The position numbers were made by a program, and so were the translations under genes. This document shows positions 47,937-62,000 of a DNA stretch of 64,000 bases, piece by piece; within the stretch, counting starts at the first letter, position 1; every line of letters begins with the position of its first letter. The stretch is from Felis catus (lineage: Eukaryota), in the NCBI RefSeq assembly GCF_018350175.1, contig NC_058368.1:140928001-140992000 (forward strand), in the 5' to 3' direction. The notes beneath the pieces are model-generated. The model searched no databases. It was given only the letters and a program-made list of their open reading frames with translations, and had not been told where the DNA came from.

Positions 47937-49700
47937 ATGTCAGTCATAGAACACAATTCAAGCTTTTTTAAGAGTTTGGAAACTCTTACTTTAGTGCAAA
48001 AGTTTTCCCTCCAAAAGAGTCCGTAACATGAGGGAACTGTATCACAACTTACCCCCTCATGATTCATAAATGTGTAATAAAGGGTGGTTTGCAGCTTTTA
48101 AAAAACATTTTTTTAAAACTAATAAATAGTAACTGAATTAGATTATGCTGTGAGCAAACTAAAGTTCACAGGGCACGGCTGAGTTTATCAGACTTTGTTA
48201 TTTTATCTTGTCATTTATAAGACCCATATAAGCAAAATTCATATAACCAGTAATTTTAAATGTACATTTGTCCTTGTCTCCATATATTCATCATTATAAG
48301 ATATACAACAAGAGAAACATCGGAAGTTTATAAAAACAAGTATGATTACAAGCATCCTTGTTTATGCCCTTTAGAACCTAGGTGGAAAATGTTGAGAAAA
48401 CAGGGGTAGTGGTGCATAAATTTTATTCCTAAAATATCCTAAGTAATATTGTTGAAGAACTAATGAACAGGTGATATGTTATAGAAAATTAGTCTTTCAT
48501 TGTTTTCTTCTGTGAAGAATTTGTTGGTTTGTACTATATAATAAGCATTTACACTTGGTTTGTTTTATAGCTGAAATATTTAGATATGAGCAATTGAGTA
48601 CAGTATTGAAATATTCCATGTGCTGGCATTTATAGTTTTGATAAATCCCATTGCTGGCAATGGAGTTGTGCCAGAGAAATCTGATTTCTATTGCAAAAGG
48701 ATTGCCTAGCCCAGGCCTCAAACTCAAGATATTTATTGAAAGTGTCTTCAAATGCAATAAAAACATTATAATCATAATATCAAAAAGAGTGATTCATTGA
48801 ACCAATGTTTTAACTATATTGGTCTGCTTTGAACTCACGACCAGCCAGAATTTTCTCTTTAAATTGGCAGAGTAGTAACAACAGGAGAACTTCAAATATT
48901 GGAGAACTGCAGTGCAGCTTTCTGAGTACAGATGTCCCTGCCCTGCCAGTTATCACTGTTCTTTTCCTCTCCATTTAACTTCTGTCTCAGCTTTTTGCTG
49001 GGAAATTATTGCTGGGACTTTCTCTTTCCTGGCAGTGAATATCAGCTATAGCTCCCCCCTCATCTACTATAAAGAAATATCTTCAAGATTTAGAAATAGG
49101 AAAAGAAAGTTCTGAAAAAAAGTATGTAATGGGGAAGATAATTCAGAAAGAAAGACGCCCTGTTGGAATTTCTACTCTGGATGGTACAGGGTACTTAGGA
49201 AGAAAAGAGGAGTGTGGGGAAAGAAAAATTTATTACAAAACATGGGACATATGACCAAACAAGTTGTCAAGACCCTACAGGCCTAAACTGGGATAATCAG
49301 AGGCCCTATAACTCCAGATCTGCAAAAAGTCATTTTCTGTATTGTTTCTAGCCACCTACACAACCCAGCACTTCTTTATGTACATTAGACTTGAAGGCAA
49401 CAGAAGTGTTCTGCATTATTTTCTCTAAAATAGAAAACAAAAATTTACATGTGTTTCTGGCACTTGGGCCCTGTATATAGGTAATAGTATAGGAGCCCCA
49501 AAGTAGAATTGTGGTAGATTTTACTCACTGAGTAAAGTACAACTGTGTATATAATATTTCCCATTTTTATTATTAGATTGTAGAAAACTTTTTTCATTGC
49601 TTTCTTTTGTTAAGAAAATGGAGACTTGAAAATGGTGATAAAAATGGAAATATATGTGACATTTATGTTATTAAAACCCTTTGCAAATCTAAAGTCTCAG
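47937..49700 (+). other. AGGF1: AGGF1 3' UTR with candidate poly(A) signals
   Basis: Repeat-free AT-rich stretch after the stop. AATAAA at 48076, 48121 and 48756; ATTAAA at 49670. The real 3' end is uncertain. Confidence 0.6.
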
Positions 49701-50505
49701 GGCTATACTATATGGTAGATAAAGGACTGAATAATGTCTAAGTCTATTTCCATCTGTGAAATAAGAATAATATTTATCTCACGTGTCTGTATTGAATAGA
49801 AAATGAGAAAATGTATATAAAAGCAGTTTGTACACTGTAAAAGTACAGAGATGTGAGCTTCTGTTTGTTTAGAAGCGTAGATGTGAATTATGTAGTTTGG
49901 ATTACACATAAAATTGTTTTGTGTCTCATATTTTAAATTATATTCACACAGTGTAAATTAATTATGGTAGCCTTTAAGGGTTTATTTTTTTATTTTGTTG
50001 AAAAAAATTTTTTTTACATTTATTTATTTTTGAGAGACAGAGAGGCCAGTACGAGTGGGGGAGGGGAAGAGAGAATGAAACACAGAATCCGAAGCAGCCT
50101 CCGGCCTCTGTGCACTGTCAGCACAGAGCCTGATGCGGGGCTATAACTCATAAACCCTGAGATCATGACCTGAGCCGAAGTTGGATGCTCAACCAACTGA
50201 GCCACCTAGGCTACCCAAAGGTTTATTTTAAGTGGAGCTACAAGTTGCTGAATTCTTTTTGCCAGAACATGAGAAGCTGGTGAAATTTGAGAAGAGAAGA
50301 AACCGTCAACATTAGAGTAAAATAAAGAAATTATTTTGTAGAATTAAATAGCTAGGTAGCACTTTTTCCTCATAATGACTTTTCTCCCTGCTTTTAAAAG
50401 TTTTTACTTGTGATGTTTCATTTTTATTCTGTTCTGAACTTAATGAAAATTAATGGCTCACCCAAATCAAACACCTTCCAACTTTTCATGTTAAAGATTA
50501 TTTCT

Positions 50506-50957
50506 GGGGCGCCTGGGTGGCGCAGTCGGTTAAGCGTCCGACTTCAGCCAGGTCACGATCTCCCGGTCTGTGAGTTCGAGCCCCGCGTCGGGCTCTGGGC
50601 TGATGGCTCGGAGCCTGGAGCCTGTTTCCGATTCTGTGTCTCCCTCTCTCTCTGCCCCTCCCCCGTTCATGCTCTATCTCTCTCTGTCCCAAAAATAAAT
50701 AAAAAAACGTTGAAAAAAAAATTAAAAAAAAAAAAAAGATTATTTCTTAGGGGTGCTTAGGTGGCTCAGTTGGCTAAGCGTCTGACTTTGGCTCAGGTCA
50801 TGATCTCATGGTTAGTGAGTTTAGGGCCTGCATCGGGCTCTGTGCTGCCAGCTCAGAGCCTGCGTCCTGCTTTGGATTCTGTGTCTTCCGCTCTGCCCCC
50901 ACCCCACTTGTGCTCTGTCTCTCAAAAATAAATAAATGTAAAAAAAAAATTTCTTTT
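50506..50957 (+). mobile_element. Two tandem CanSINEs (young 50506-50737, older 50750-50957)
   Basis: Three copies of the target sequence AAAGATTATTTCT (50493, 50735, 50958). Confidence 0.9.
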
Positions 50958-51037
50958 AAAGATTATTTCTTAATTTGGTACATTTTCTTTTTTTTTTTAA
51001 TAGTATTGTAAAATTTACTTATTTTCTTGTTCATCTC

Positions 51038-51633
51038 TTTTTTTTTAATATATGAAATTTATTGCCAAATTAGTTTCCATACAATACCCAGTGCTCATCC
51101 CAAAAGATGCCCTCTTCAATGCCCATCACCTACCCTACCCTCCCTCCCACCCCTCATCAACCCTCAGTGTTCTCAGTTTTCAAGAGTCTCTTATGCTTTG
51201 GCTGTCTCTCCCACTCTAACATCTTTTTTTTTTTTTTTTTCCTTCCCCTACCCCATGGGTTTCTGTTAAGTTTCTCATGATGCACATAAGAGTGAAAACA
51301 TATGGTATCTGTCTTTCTCTGTATGGCTTATTTCACTTAGCATCACACTCTCCAGTTCCACCCATGTTGCTACAAAGGGCCATATTTCATTCTTTCTCAT
51401 TGCCACGTAGTATTCCATTGTGTGTATAAACCACAATTTCTTTATCCATTCATCAGTTGATGGACATTTAGGCTCTTTCCATAATTTGGCTATTGTTGAG
51501 AGAGCTGCTATGAACGTTGGGGTACAAGTGGCCCTATGCATCAGTACTCCTGTATCCCTTGGGTAAATTCCTAGCAGTGCTACTGCTGGGTCATAGGGTA
51601 GGTCTATTTTTAATTTTTTTGAGGAACCTCCAC
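51038..51633 (-). mobile_element. 5'-truncated felid-type L1 3' end
   Basis: ORF2 C-terminal peptide TCTPTFIAALSTIAKLWKEPKCPSTDEWIKKLW...MLSEISHTEKDRYHMFSL. Confidence 0.9.
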
Positions 51634-52630
51634 ATGGACTATTCTACTAGCTTCCCGGCTGGTCGGCTTGCAGTCAGTCTGTCCTCCCTCCAGTCCATCT
51701 TCTACGCTGCAGGCACGGACAGTGTCTTCACAACCCCTCTTTTATCATTTCCTATTTAAATCCTCCTGTGGCTTTCCATTACTCTTGAGGACAGAAAACA
51801 AAATCCTAGCCCATAACATTCTACCTGGTCTAGCCACTGCCAGCTTTTCTGGTCCCTGTCAGAGCAGGAACCTTTTTTTCAGTTCTCAAACATGCCACAC
51901 CTTCTCTTACCCTAAGGCCACTTTTATTCTGGTAAGTCTGGAATGTTCTTCCTATACCCTTATAGTTAACTCTGACATTTAGATCTCTGCTAATTGATTT
52001 TCTTCAGGGATGCCTCCCTTGTCCAGTAGACTGGATTGCCTTTGATAAATGTTCTTGAAAATCTGTATTTGTTTCATTTAGACTACTTATTTCAGTTCAC
52101 ATATATTAATGTGATTAGTATAGCATTTGTCTGTCTAGATTCTTACATGTCATGTAGGCAAGGCCTGGGTTTTTCTCACAGTTGTATTCCTAGTACCCAG
52201 CCTGGCTTGTATACTTAAAGGCAAACAGTGAAAGAGCAAGGTGGGTTTCGGGAACTGCAAGCGGCTTGATACAGATGGGTTTTGTGTGACTGAGGAAACA
52301 TGGAAGGAACTGAGGCTACATAGAGGGTATGAGATAATGGGTTTCAAACCATTTTGACCATGGTCCATGTTAAGAAATACAGTTTATATGACAGCTCAGT
52401 ATGTGTCTTGTGTATGCATTTATAGCAAGTTTTATACACCAGTACTTAGCTGTTAGTTCACATAATGGACTCTTTATTTTGTTTTCCAAGTCACTGATTC
52501 CAGCCACTAAATTGATTGTATAATCCACTGATGGCCTGTGTTCCACAATTGGAAAACTATGGATTTAAAGCTTGGTTTTCAGATGGTTTGACAGAATCTA
52601 TGACATTGACACTGCCTTACAGAACTGCAG

Positions 52631-52632
<2 letters not shown>

Positions 52633-52688
<56 letters not shown>

Positions 52689-52712
52689 CAGAGAGAGACA
52701 GAGGCAGAGAGA
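52633..52712 (+). repeat. Compound (GT)n(GA)n microsatellite
   Basis: About 22 GT units followed by GA-rich units. Confidence 0.95.
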
Positions 52713-54259
52713 ATGGGTGATGGGGGGTGGGAAGTGGTTGAGGTGCCAAACTGGTGACTCTTGTTCTTGTGTTGTTACCAGAACTGGTCTACATTGACTG
52801 GTTTACAATTCAAACTTCCAGATAGATTTCATATGGAGAAAGGTTTTACCTCTTTAAGAGGAGCCAGTGGGAGGGGCACCTGGATGGCTCAGTCAGTTAA
52901 GCCTCTGATACCAGCTCAAGTCATTTTCTCACAGTTCTTGACTTCGAGCCCCACTTTGGGCTCTGTACTGAGAGCTCAGAGCCTGGAGCCTGCTTCAGAT
53001 TTTGTCACTCTCTGCCCTTTCCCCGCTTACATTCTCTCTTTCAAAAATAAATAAACATTAAGAAAAAACAAAAGAAACATTAAGAAAAACATTAAGAAAA
53101 AAACAAAAGAGCCAGTGGGGAGGGGAACTGAAACACATACCTACAGCTATTCTCAAATATTGTGTTAAGAAATTTGGATTTTTTGTCTCTTCATCAGTGA
53201 GGAATTCCTGGAGGATTTTAAGCAGAGAATCTAATTCTCATTATCTCACTTTATAGCAAAATAGCTATGACTGAAGGGGGGCGGAGTGGAGGCTGACAGA
53301 CCTCTGTGAGGGCTTTTCCCCCTCTATTTGGTATTTATTGAGCACCCATTTATTGAGCTGTGCAGACCTGTGAAGGCAGGGACCTTTTTGGTCTTATTCT
53401 CTGCTCTATCTTCAGTACTTATCACAGCATTGGACGTTTAGGAGGTTCAGTGAGCATTTGTGGTAGGATGAATGGAACACACATTTGTGCTATGTCAAAT
53501 ACTGTGCTAAGCACTTAATGTATATTATCTTCTTAATTCCTGCCACTATTTTATGAGTTAGAAAACTGAGATTTGGAGACTTTTTTTTATTTTCTATGTT
53601 TTATTTATTTAAAAAAATTTTTTTTGATATTTATCTGTTCTTAGCATGAGCAGGGGAGGGACAGAGAGAGAGGAAGACACAGAATCCAAAGCAGGCTCCA
53701 GGCTCCGAGCTGTCAGCACAGAACCTGATGGAGGGCTTGAACCCACAGACTGCGAGATTATGACCTCAGCCGAAGTCGGACACCTGACTGAGCCACCCAG
53801 GCACCTCTAAAAAGTCTGTGTGGCAGAGTGGTAGAGCTTGGGTTTAAATCTTTATTCTTTTCATCCCAGTGGACTATTAAGAGCACCGGCTTATGAGTCT
53901 GACTGACCTGGATTCACATTACAGCTCAACCACTCCTGAGCTGAGTGATGTTTAAAAGTTTATTTAAGCCTGTATACTTTAATTAGTCTTCATGGAGTTA
54001 CTGGGAAGTTGAGATAAGGCCTATGTCGTATTGAACAGTGCCCGGTACATAGTAAGTCCTCAAATATTAGCAATTTTTTGTGTTGTTATGCCCTGCTACC
54101 CCTAGCAAGGGTACAGTTTTAGGAGTAGCATTCTGGAGTGGGTATGGTGGTTATTGAAGTGAGAGCAGTGGGGCAAATAAGTGGATGGGTCATCTTCACT
54201 CCTTGAGGTGATGATAGATAGGTGTGGATAAGAAGGCTGACTCACGAGCTGGAATTCTT

Positions 54260-55668
54260 TCTTTTTTAAATTATTTAATGTATTTCTTAATTTACATCCA
54301 AGTTAGCATATAGTGCAACAGTGATTTCAGGAGTAGATTCCTTAATGCCCCTTAACCCATTTAAACCATCCCCCCTCCCACAACCCCTCCAGTAACCCTC
54401 TGTTTGTTCTCTGTATTTAAGAGTCTCATATGTTTTGTCCCCCTCCCTGTTGTTATATTATTTTTGATTCTCTTCCTTATGTTCATCTGTTTTGTCTCTT
54501 AAAGTCCTCCTATGAGTGAAGTCATATGATACTTGTCTTTCTCTGATTTCACTTAGCGTAATACTCTCCAGTTCCATCCACGTAGTTGCATATGGCAAGA
54601 TTTCATTCTTTTTGATTGCCGAGTAATACTCCAGTGTATATATATATACCACATCTTTATCCATTCATCCATCGATAGACATTTGGGCTCTTTCCATACT
54701 TTGGCTATTGTTGATAGTGCTGCTATAAACATTGGTGTGCATATGTCCCTTCGAAATGGCACACCTGTATCCCTTGGATAAATACCTTTAGTTCAACTGC
54801 TAGGTCATAGAGTAGTTCTATTTTTCATTTTTTGAGGACCCTCCATACTGTTTTTCAGAGTGGCTGCATCAGTTTGCATTCCCACCAACAATGCAAAAGA
54901 GATCCTCTTTCTCCGCATCCTCGCCAACATCTGTTGTTGCCTGAGTTGTTAATGTTAGCTGTTCTGACAGGTGTAAGGTGGTATCTCATTGTGGTTTTGA
55001 TTTGTATTTTCCTGATGATGAGTGGTGTGGAGCATTTTTTATGTGTTGGTTGGCCATCTGGATGTCTTCTTTGGAGAAGTGTCTATTCATGTCTTTTGCC
55101 CATTTCTTCACTGGATGATTTGTTTTCTGGGTGTTGAGTTTGGTAAGTTCTTCGTAGATTTTGAATACTAACCCTTTATCTGATACATCGTTCGCAAATA
55201 TCTTCTCCCATTCCATCGGTTGCCTTTTAGTTTTGCTGATTGTTTCCTTTGCTGTGCAGGGCTTTTTATTTTGATGAGGTCCCAGTAGTTCATTTTTGCT
55301 TTTGTTTTCCCTTGCCTCTAGAGACGTGTTGAGTAAGATGTTGCTGCAGCCAAGATCAAAGAGGTTTGTGCCTGCTCTCTCCTCTAGGATTTTGATGGCT
55401 TCCTGTCTTATATTTAGGTCTTTCATCTATTTTGAGTTTATTTTTGTGTATGGTGTAAGAAAGTGGTCCAGGCTCATTTTTCTGCATGTCGCTGTCCAGT
55501 TTTCCCAGCACCATTTGCTGAAGAGACTGTCTTTATCCCATTGGATATTCTTTCCTGCTTTGCCAAAGATTAGTTGGCCATACATTTATGAGTCCATTTC
55601 TGGGTTCTCTATTCTGTTCTATTGATCTAAGTGTCTGTTTTTGTGCCAGTACCATACTGTCTTGATTA
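54260..55668 (-). mobile_element. 5'-truncated carnivore L1 (~1.4 kb, ORF2 C-terminus plus 3' UTR, frameshifted)
   Basis: Peptides [60 protein letters not shown] and CTPMFIAALSTIAKVWKEPKC. Confidence 0.93.
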
Positions 55669-57339
55669 CAGGAGCTGGATTTCTTTTCTCCCTTTTAAAT
55701 TTTTTTAAACATTTATTACTGAGAGACAGATACAGAGCATGAGCATGGGAGGGGCAGAGATGGGGGGGAGACACAAAATCCGAAGCAGGCTCCAGGCTCC
55801 AATCTGTCAGCACAGAGCCCGACGCGGGGCTCAGGCTCACAAACTGTGAAATTATGACCTGAGCAAAAGTTGGACGCTTTCCCGACTGAGCCACCCAGGC
55901 GCCCCCAGGAGCTGGATTTCTTAACGAGTATTGCAGAATGAGCAGGAAAGTAGTAGATGCTAGAGAGTGAGAAAGGATAGAAGGTATTGTATGTGACCGT
56001 TTGAGGTCATCCTCCAAGAAGGGGTGGATTCTGCATGACTTTGGGAATGAAGCTTCTGGAGAAGGTGACAGGGACATTTAGCAGGCCCACCCTGGTGTTC
56101 ATTACACTCTAGAAGCGGGAGAACTGAAAGAGGAACTAGATTTCAGACAGTAAAATCTTTCAACAGCACGTATTCATTCAGCAGATAACCTTGGGGCACT
56201 TAATACAGGCCAGGCACTATTCTAGGCACTCGGGATACAGTAGTAAATGGGACAAGACTGTCATCTTGGAGCTTATTTTTAGATGGTATTTGTAGAATGT
56301 AAAGGCCAACTGGTCACATGAAGCCCTTGATAGTTCCTGAGTGTTAAACAAAACAGTTTCTGTTCATTTCAGAGTTTTTGCAAAAGTTCTTGGGGTGGGA
56401 GGGGAGCAATTTGTGTTTTTCAAATGTTTTCAGATCTGTCTCTAAACAGGACCTTTTTGGGGGAATCTTATCATCTCTGTCTTCAAAAAATTTGTACTCA
56501 TGTTTTTGAGGGTTTTGGATATATAGACAACAGTAAAACCTTACTGAGGCTGCAGCCCTTCATTCAATTATGTATCTCCTCTGGTTACCTGAGAGTGATA
56601 GTGACTCTGCCTACTCAGACATTGGGTATTGTGGCTCTTGGTCTGAACGATAGATCATTGAAGTACCAAAAAAACAAAACAAAATTAAACAAAACCATGA
56701 ATCAGGTCATTGGAAATTGGAGTTGATGGAGAACATGTAAATCAGAAAGTCCCTGGAAGATGAGAAGCAGACACCCTGGGGAGGAAGTTAATGTGAATGG
56801 AGGCATACATTGTCTTCTGCCTGCTACCTTTTTTCATCTGCGTTAAGATGCCATGGTATTTCATTGTCCAGAAAGCAAAAGACAGGGAGAAGTTGGTGGA
56901 ATATTATTAAATGTATTCAAGCTAGTGACAGTGTGTTACTTAGCTTCCAATTACTAGTAGACTTCAGAGGCCAGGAAGGTTTCCAACTCATTCATCTGGT
57001 CATTACTTATCTTGACCAAAGGCCCAGGAGAATATATACCGAAATAATAAAGCTTTCATTAGCACTTAATGCTTTTCCTTAAAGCCTTTATTTTAATACT
57101 ATGAAATCAGATTTCAGAGAATGTCATAATTAAGATTTTCATGAAAAGAAGCATTTAATACTTTTTAAATATGTAATGACTCCCAGTGCTATCTGAATTA
57201 ATTCACATCATAAACCCACTAAAGTGAGCTTTAATGTCTACTATGGCCAAGCTACCTTTATTTAACCTTAATATATAATACTATCAAGACCAATTTATGA
57301 ACCACACAAAAATAATGATTGCTTTATTATAATCACACT

Positions 57340-57870
57340 TTATTAGCCTGAAATGTTAATCTGGTTAACCATCTACCGTATTTATCAGGCTGGGTTCTGA
57401 CTGGCAGCTTTTTTCAAAAATCAAAATTTTCCCGGAAAGGTGAGTATTTGCCAACTTAATTATGTTTTAAAGAATGTGTCAGAGACTCTGAGAGCAACTC
57501 TAAAAGAGGAGTTCCAGAGACGTTTTAAGCATGGAAACATTTTTGGAATAACTGTTTAGTCTTTCCTTTTTTTTAATCTGATTTTTTTTTCATATTTTAA
57601 ATGAAATTTTGAAAGAGAGACAGAGGGAGAGAATCCCAAGCAGACTCCACACCATCAGCACAGAACCTATTGCAGGGCTCGAACCTGCAAACTGTGAGAT
57701 CATGACCTGAGCCAAAATTGAGTCAGATGCTTAACCGACTGAAGCCACACCTAGGTGCTCCAAAACTATTTAGTCTTTCAAAGTGACTACTTTGAAGGGA
57801 AAAGCACTTAGATGGATAGATTTTGGTATATTCACTTATAAGACTGTCAGACTATTTTATAGTCACAAGT
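57340..57870 (+). mobile_element. MARNA-like ancient mariner transposase relic, interrupted by a SINE (~57570-57760)
   Basis: Degenerate mariner C-terminus: CATCTACCGTATT.., TTCAAAAATCAAA, AAAAGAGGAGTTCCAGAGACGTTTT, TGGAATAACTGT...GTGACTACTTTGAAGGG (WNNC..DYFEG). SINE TSD TTTAGTCTTTC. Confidence 0.7.
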
Positions 57871-58691
57871 CATACAGAATTTTGACTGGATTAGCTCATT
57901 TGCGATAACAGGTATGGAACTTATGTCTTGATAGAAAAGGAGTTCTGTCGTGAAGGAAAATGACTTGGCCAACTTTTGTGGCCTGTGAGCAGCTGCTCTC
58001 AGGAATCATCTGAGGGAACCTGCTCTTTCTGAGATCCTTTGGATTGGTTTTGCACTCCCATTCATGTAAGTAAGAGAAAGAGAAAGAAGGCATAGTTACT
58101 GAGTTTAAACTCTGTATCAGAATTTGCCTGAATAACATCTTACTTAGTCATTATAATAACTCTGTAAGGTATGTATTATCTCTATTCTACTGATGAGGAA
58201 GCTGGGTTTCAGAGAGGTTAAGGTGGTTGCCAAAGTGACACCTAACATACCCTGGTTGGGAACTGAGACTTTTTAAAAGTATTTCAATATTTTTCTCCAT
58301 TGTAATATTTGAGTTCTCTTTTTTTTTTTTTTTTTTTTTTTGAAGCTTAAATTTTAATTCATATCTGACTCCAAAGGCTTGATCAGCTCTTCACATATCA
58401 CCACCTGGCCTTCCTAGTCAGCCAGATCCTAATTAGTGCTCAGATATTTAAATATTTAGTTCTCAACATTATGGAGGCCCCTGATTAACCCCCAAGGCAT
58501 CCTTCACACCCACCTTTCAGGTATCTGTCTCAGAAAAGTTTGTGAGTACTCCCTGCACCTGCATGAGGCAGATTTACAAGGCGGGGAAGGTTAGGACCCC
58601 CACTAAAGTATTGATTTCTGGAGAATAGGGGCCCCCCTTCAAGCTCTGCCTTTCTCACGTACCCTCAAACCTGAGCCAGGCAGGATAATGC

Positions 58692-59087
58692 TGTGGTAGG
58701 CAGATAATAGACCCCCACCCTTGCCCCCCAGCAAATGTTTATGTCCTAATCCCTGGAAACTATCAATATGTTACCTGGCAGGGAAGAATTAAAGTTGTAG
58801 AAAGAATTAGGTTGTTAACCAACAGTAAGATGAGAGAGTCCAGTAAATATGGAAGAGGGTAATAGAGTGATGCAATCTGAGAAAGATTGGCCCTTGCTGA
58901 CCTTGAAGGTAGAAGGGACCAGAAGCTGGAAAAGGTGGCATTCCCACCCAAGGCCTCTAGAAAGGAACACAGCCCTGCTGACATTGAGTTCCATCTCAGA
59001 CTTCTGACCTGCAATTGTAATAAACTTGAGTTGTTTTTAGCCACTACCTTTGTGGTAATTTGTGACAGCTGCAGTAAGAAATTAACG
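58692..59087 (+). mobile_element. MLT1D-like MaLR LTR
   Basis: TGTGGTAGGCAGA start, ATGTCCTAATCCCTGGAA, AGAAAGGAACACAGCCCTGCTGACA, TTTGTGGTAATTTGTGACAGC end. Confidence 0.8.
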
Positions 59088-62000
59088 CAAAGGTCAACCT
59101 CACTTCCTTAAGGCCTGGCTTACCATCAGCCCAAGAGCTTGTGGGTGGAGAGGAGCCAGCATCAACCCAAGTGTCCGTAGGTGCTCTGGCCAGGATAGCA
59201 CTGGTGAAGGGGTGGAGCAGAAGGGAGGCCTGGAAGGAGGTGCAGCTCTAGCCCCAGGTATGGCCAGGATCCGTGGATTGAGCTCCAACCTCCAAACTGT
59301 GGTGTGAGGCCACACCCTTCAACAAGGTGAAGTGACCAGGTGAAAGACCACGTCACCTTGTTGGAGTATGTGATCTCGTTTGTAAAATATGGGCAGCTAA
59401 ACCTGCCCTACCTGCAGGGTGTCATGAGGACAAAAAGAGTGGGTACGAGAGAGTGTACTCATTACTGCTGTACACATTTTCAGTTCTAGGGAGTGAGTGA
59501 TAGAGTTAGTACCTCAGTACTATGGAAGAAGTTGGACCCACTAGTATTATTTTTTACTAATAGGCATGTCACTTTCAACATTTATTTCTAAATTTGCAAT
59601 TAACAAGAAAATCCAGTTAAATAGAACAACTCATTGACTCAAAGGACAATTGATGTTTGACTATTTCATGGGATCATACCATGTCAGCAGCCAAAGAGGA
59701 CTTGAATGATGACCTCATCCATTTTTCAGACAAAGAAACAGATTCAGGTTGTGGAAAAGTAAGAAGTTCAAACATTTAGATATATAGTTCCCTGATGAGT
59801 GGCAGCAAAACCAAAGCCCAGTCTTTACGAATTCCTTCCAAGACGTTAAAGACATGGAGTCATTTAAAATAGAAACTCAGCTCAAACCAAGCCAAGCTTT
59901 CTCCCCTTCTGCAGCTCCCAGGATGACAGCTTAGGTGTGTAAAGGGCCCTAGCCGTTTCAGCCTTGGCTGTTAGTATTCTGTTTTGCCTCCCTCTCCTCC
60001 CTGACAGATTTTAACTGAAAGAAGTGACTGATCACTTTACGTCATGGCAGGCCTTCAGGAGTTGGGTTCAGGGCATTGTGCACCCCCATTCCAGCCACCC
60101 ACCTCGCCACTGTGTGCATTGCTCTCAAAGGCAGCACCTGGATGACGCTCTTAGTAAGCCCAGGCACATAAGTCAGGGAAGCCCGGCCAATATAGGTGAG
60201 GTGTGTCCCTATCACCCATTGCCAGTGATAACTCTGTGAGCCGACTGTGTCACACACAGGCAGAGAGGCCAATGCAGGCTTATGAGTCCTGACAGCCCTC
60301 ATGCTTTGCTGGACAAGCCAGCGGAAGTCCTCAAGGCCAAAGAGGCACAGTATCTATTGAGGGTGGAGTCAGGTGAACCACCATAGCTGCAGTCTTCTGA
60401 TTGAGAGCAAGCCACCCTGGGGCTTCTTTTTCCCCCCTCTGTCAAATGATAGACCGGACAAGGGCTGCGTTTCTTTCTAGGCTTTTCTAGAAGTGGGGAT
60501 TACATCAGTCCTTGTATTGGAGTTTTTGTTTAACTAAGGAAGTAGAAAGCTGATGGTCAGGAGTTCTCATTTGAGAAATGTGAATTATTTTATTTTTGAT
60601 TATAAAAGTACTTCATGCTTGGTATAAAAAAAGTACAACAAGGCAGAAGTATATAAAAGAGAAAGTAAAATCTCTCCCACAACCAGCACTAAGTTATCAG
60701 GCCCCTGATATTGTTCCCCCGTCCCCTAAACAGAGGCTACTGGTGCTCCCATTAGTCATCTTTCTTGAGGAGGCAGTTAAAATTCTAAAACTCAGTCTTT
60801 GCTGGTATTAACGGTTCTAACAGTTGGTGGAATAGAAGAGTAACATTGGTAGGAGCTTTTTTTCCCTTCTAAAAATTCAAATTCCTATAGTATAGCCCAA
60901 CTTTGAAATCCACGTGAAGAAGTTAAATTTCAATACTTAATAGAAATACTATTATTAGAATAATGTAAAAATTATGGAATACAAAAGAATAAAATACATT
61001 AAAAAGTTAACAGAAGTTTTACTGAGATGACAAGACTTTGGGGGATTGTTTTGTTTTTTTATTTTTTTTTAATGTTTATTTTTGAAGGAGAGAGAGAGAC
61101 GGTGTGAGCTGGGAAGGGGCAGAGAGAGAGGGAGACACAGAATCTGAAGTGGGCTCCAGGCTCTGAGCTGTCAGCACAGAGCCTGATGAGGGGCCCAAAC
61201 CCACGGACTGTGAGATCATGACCTGAGCTGGAGTCAGAGGCTTACCTGACTGAGCCACCCAGGCTCCCTGGGGGATTGTTGTTTTCTGATTTCTTCCTAG
61301 ATTGGGGCATTGCATTTGCATTACTTGTGTAATGAAAAAAAAATGTTTTAAGAAAAACATTCCTGATAATGACATACTAGTACAATTGATTGGATTCAAA
61401 CCAAACAGCCCAATAATGGACACTTACATACAAAATGCCATGAACCCAGAGAAGTAAAGAATCGTCTCTAAATTAGAAATCAAGGAAAGCTACATGCAGG
61501 CAGTCAAATTTGAGCATGGTCTTTGAAATGGGTGGGATTTTTCATACTCAGAGTTTGAGGGGGCATTTTAAGTGGAGGGAAGGCCATAAGGACAGGACAG
61601 TCAGGAAGAACCAAGAGTCTAGTTGGCTGGAGCATACAATACATGTAGGGGAAGGGACAGATAAGATTGGCACCAGGGTGGGGAAACTTGAATGTCAGGC
61701 CACAAAGTTGAAGCTTAACGATGGGTGATGGGGCTGGGGCTGGGGACTTTGAGCAGGAATTGTGATATAATCAATGTTGGCTTAGAACAGTTCCTTTGGC
61801 CAAGCTGAGTGTTAGGAAGGGGGCAACTGGGGAAGACGAGGATGGGAAGATGAACCCCAGATGAATGCTAAGTGAAGCTTGAGCTTAGCAGGTGGCATCA
61901 GAAGGAAGACAGGTGTGACACTTTATAGAAATAGCCTCAGTACATTAGGGGCCTAGGATTGAGATGAATTCGAACCTTTTTTCTTTTTTTTCTTTTAGAG

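Noticed and set aside
54260..55668. Active L1
   Set aside because: 5'-truncated with frameshifts and stops; lacks ORF1, endonuclease and RT core
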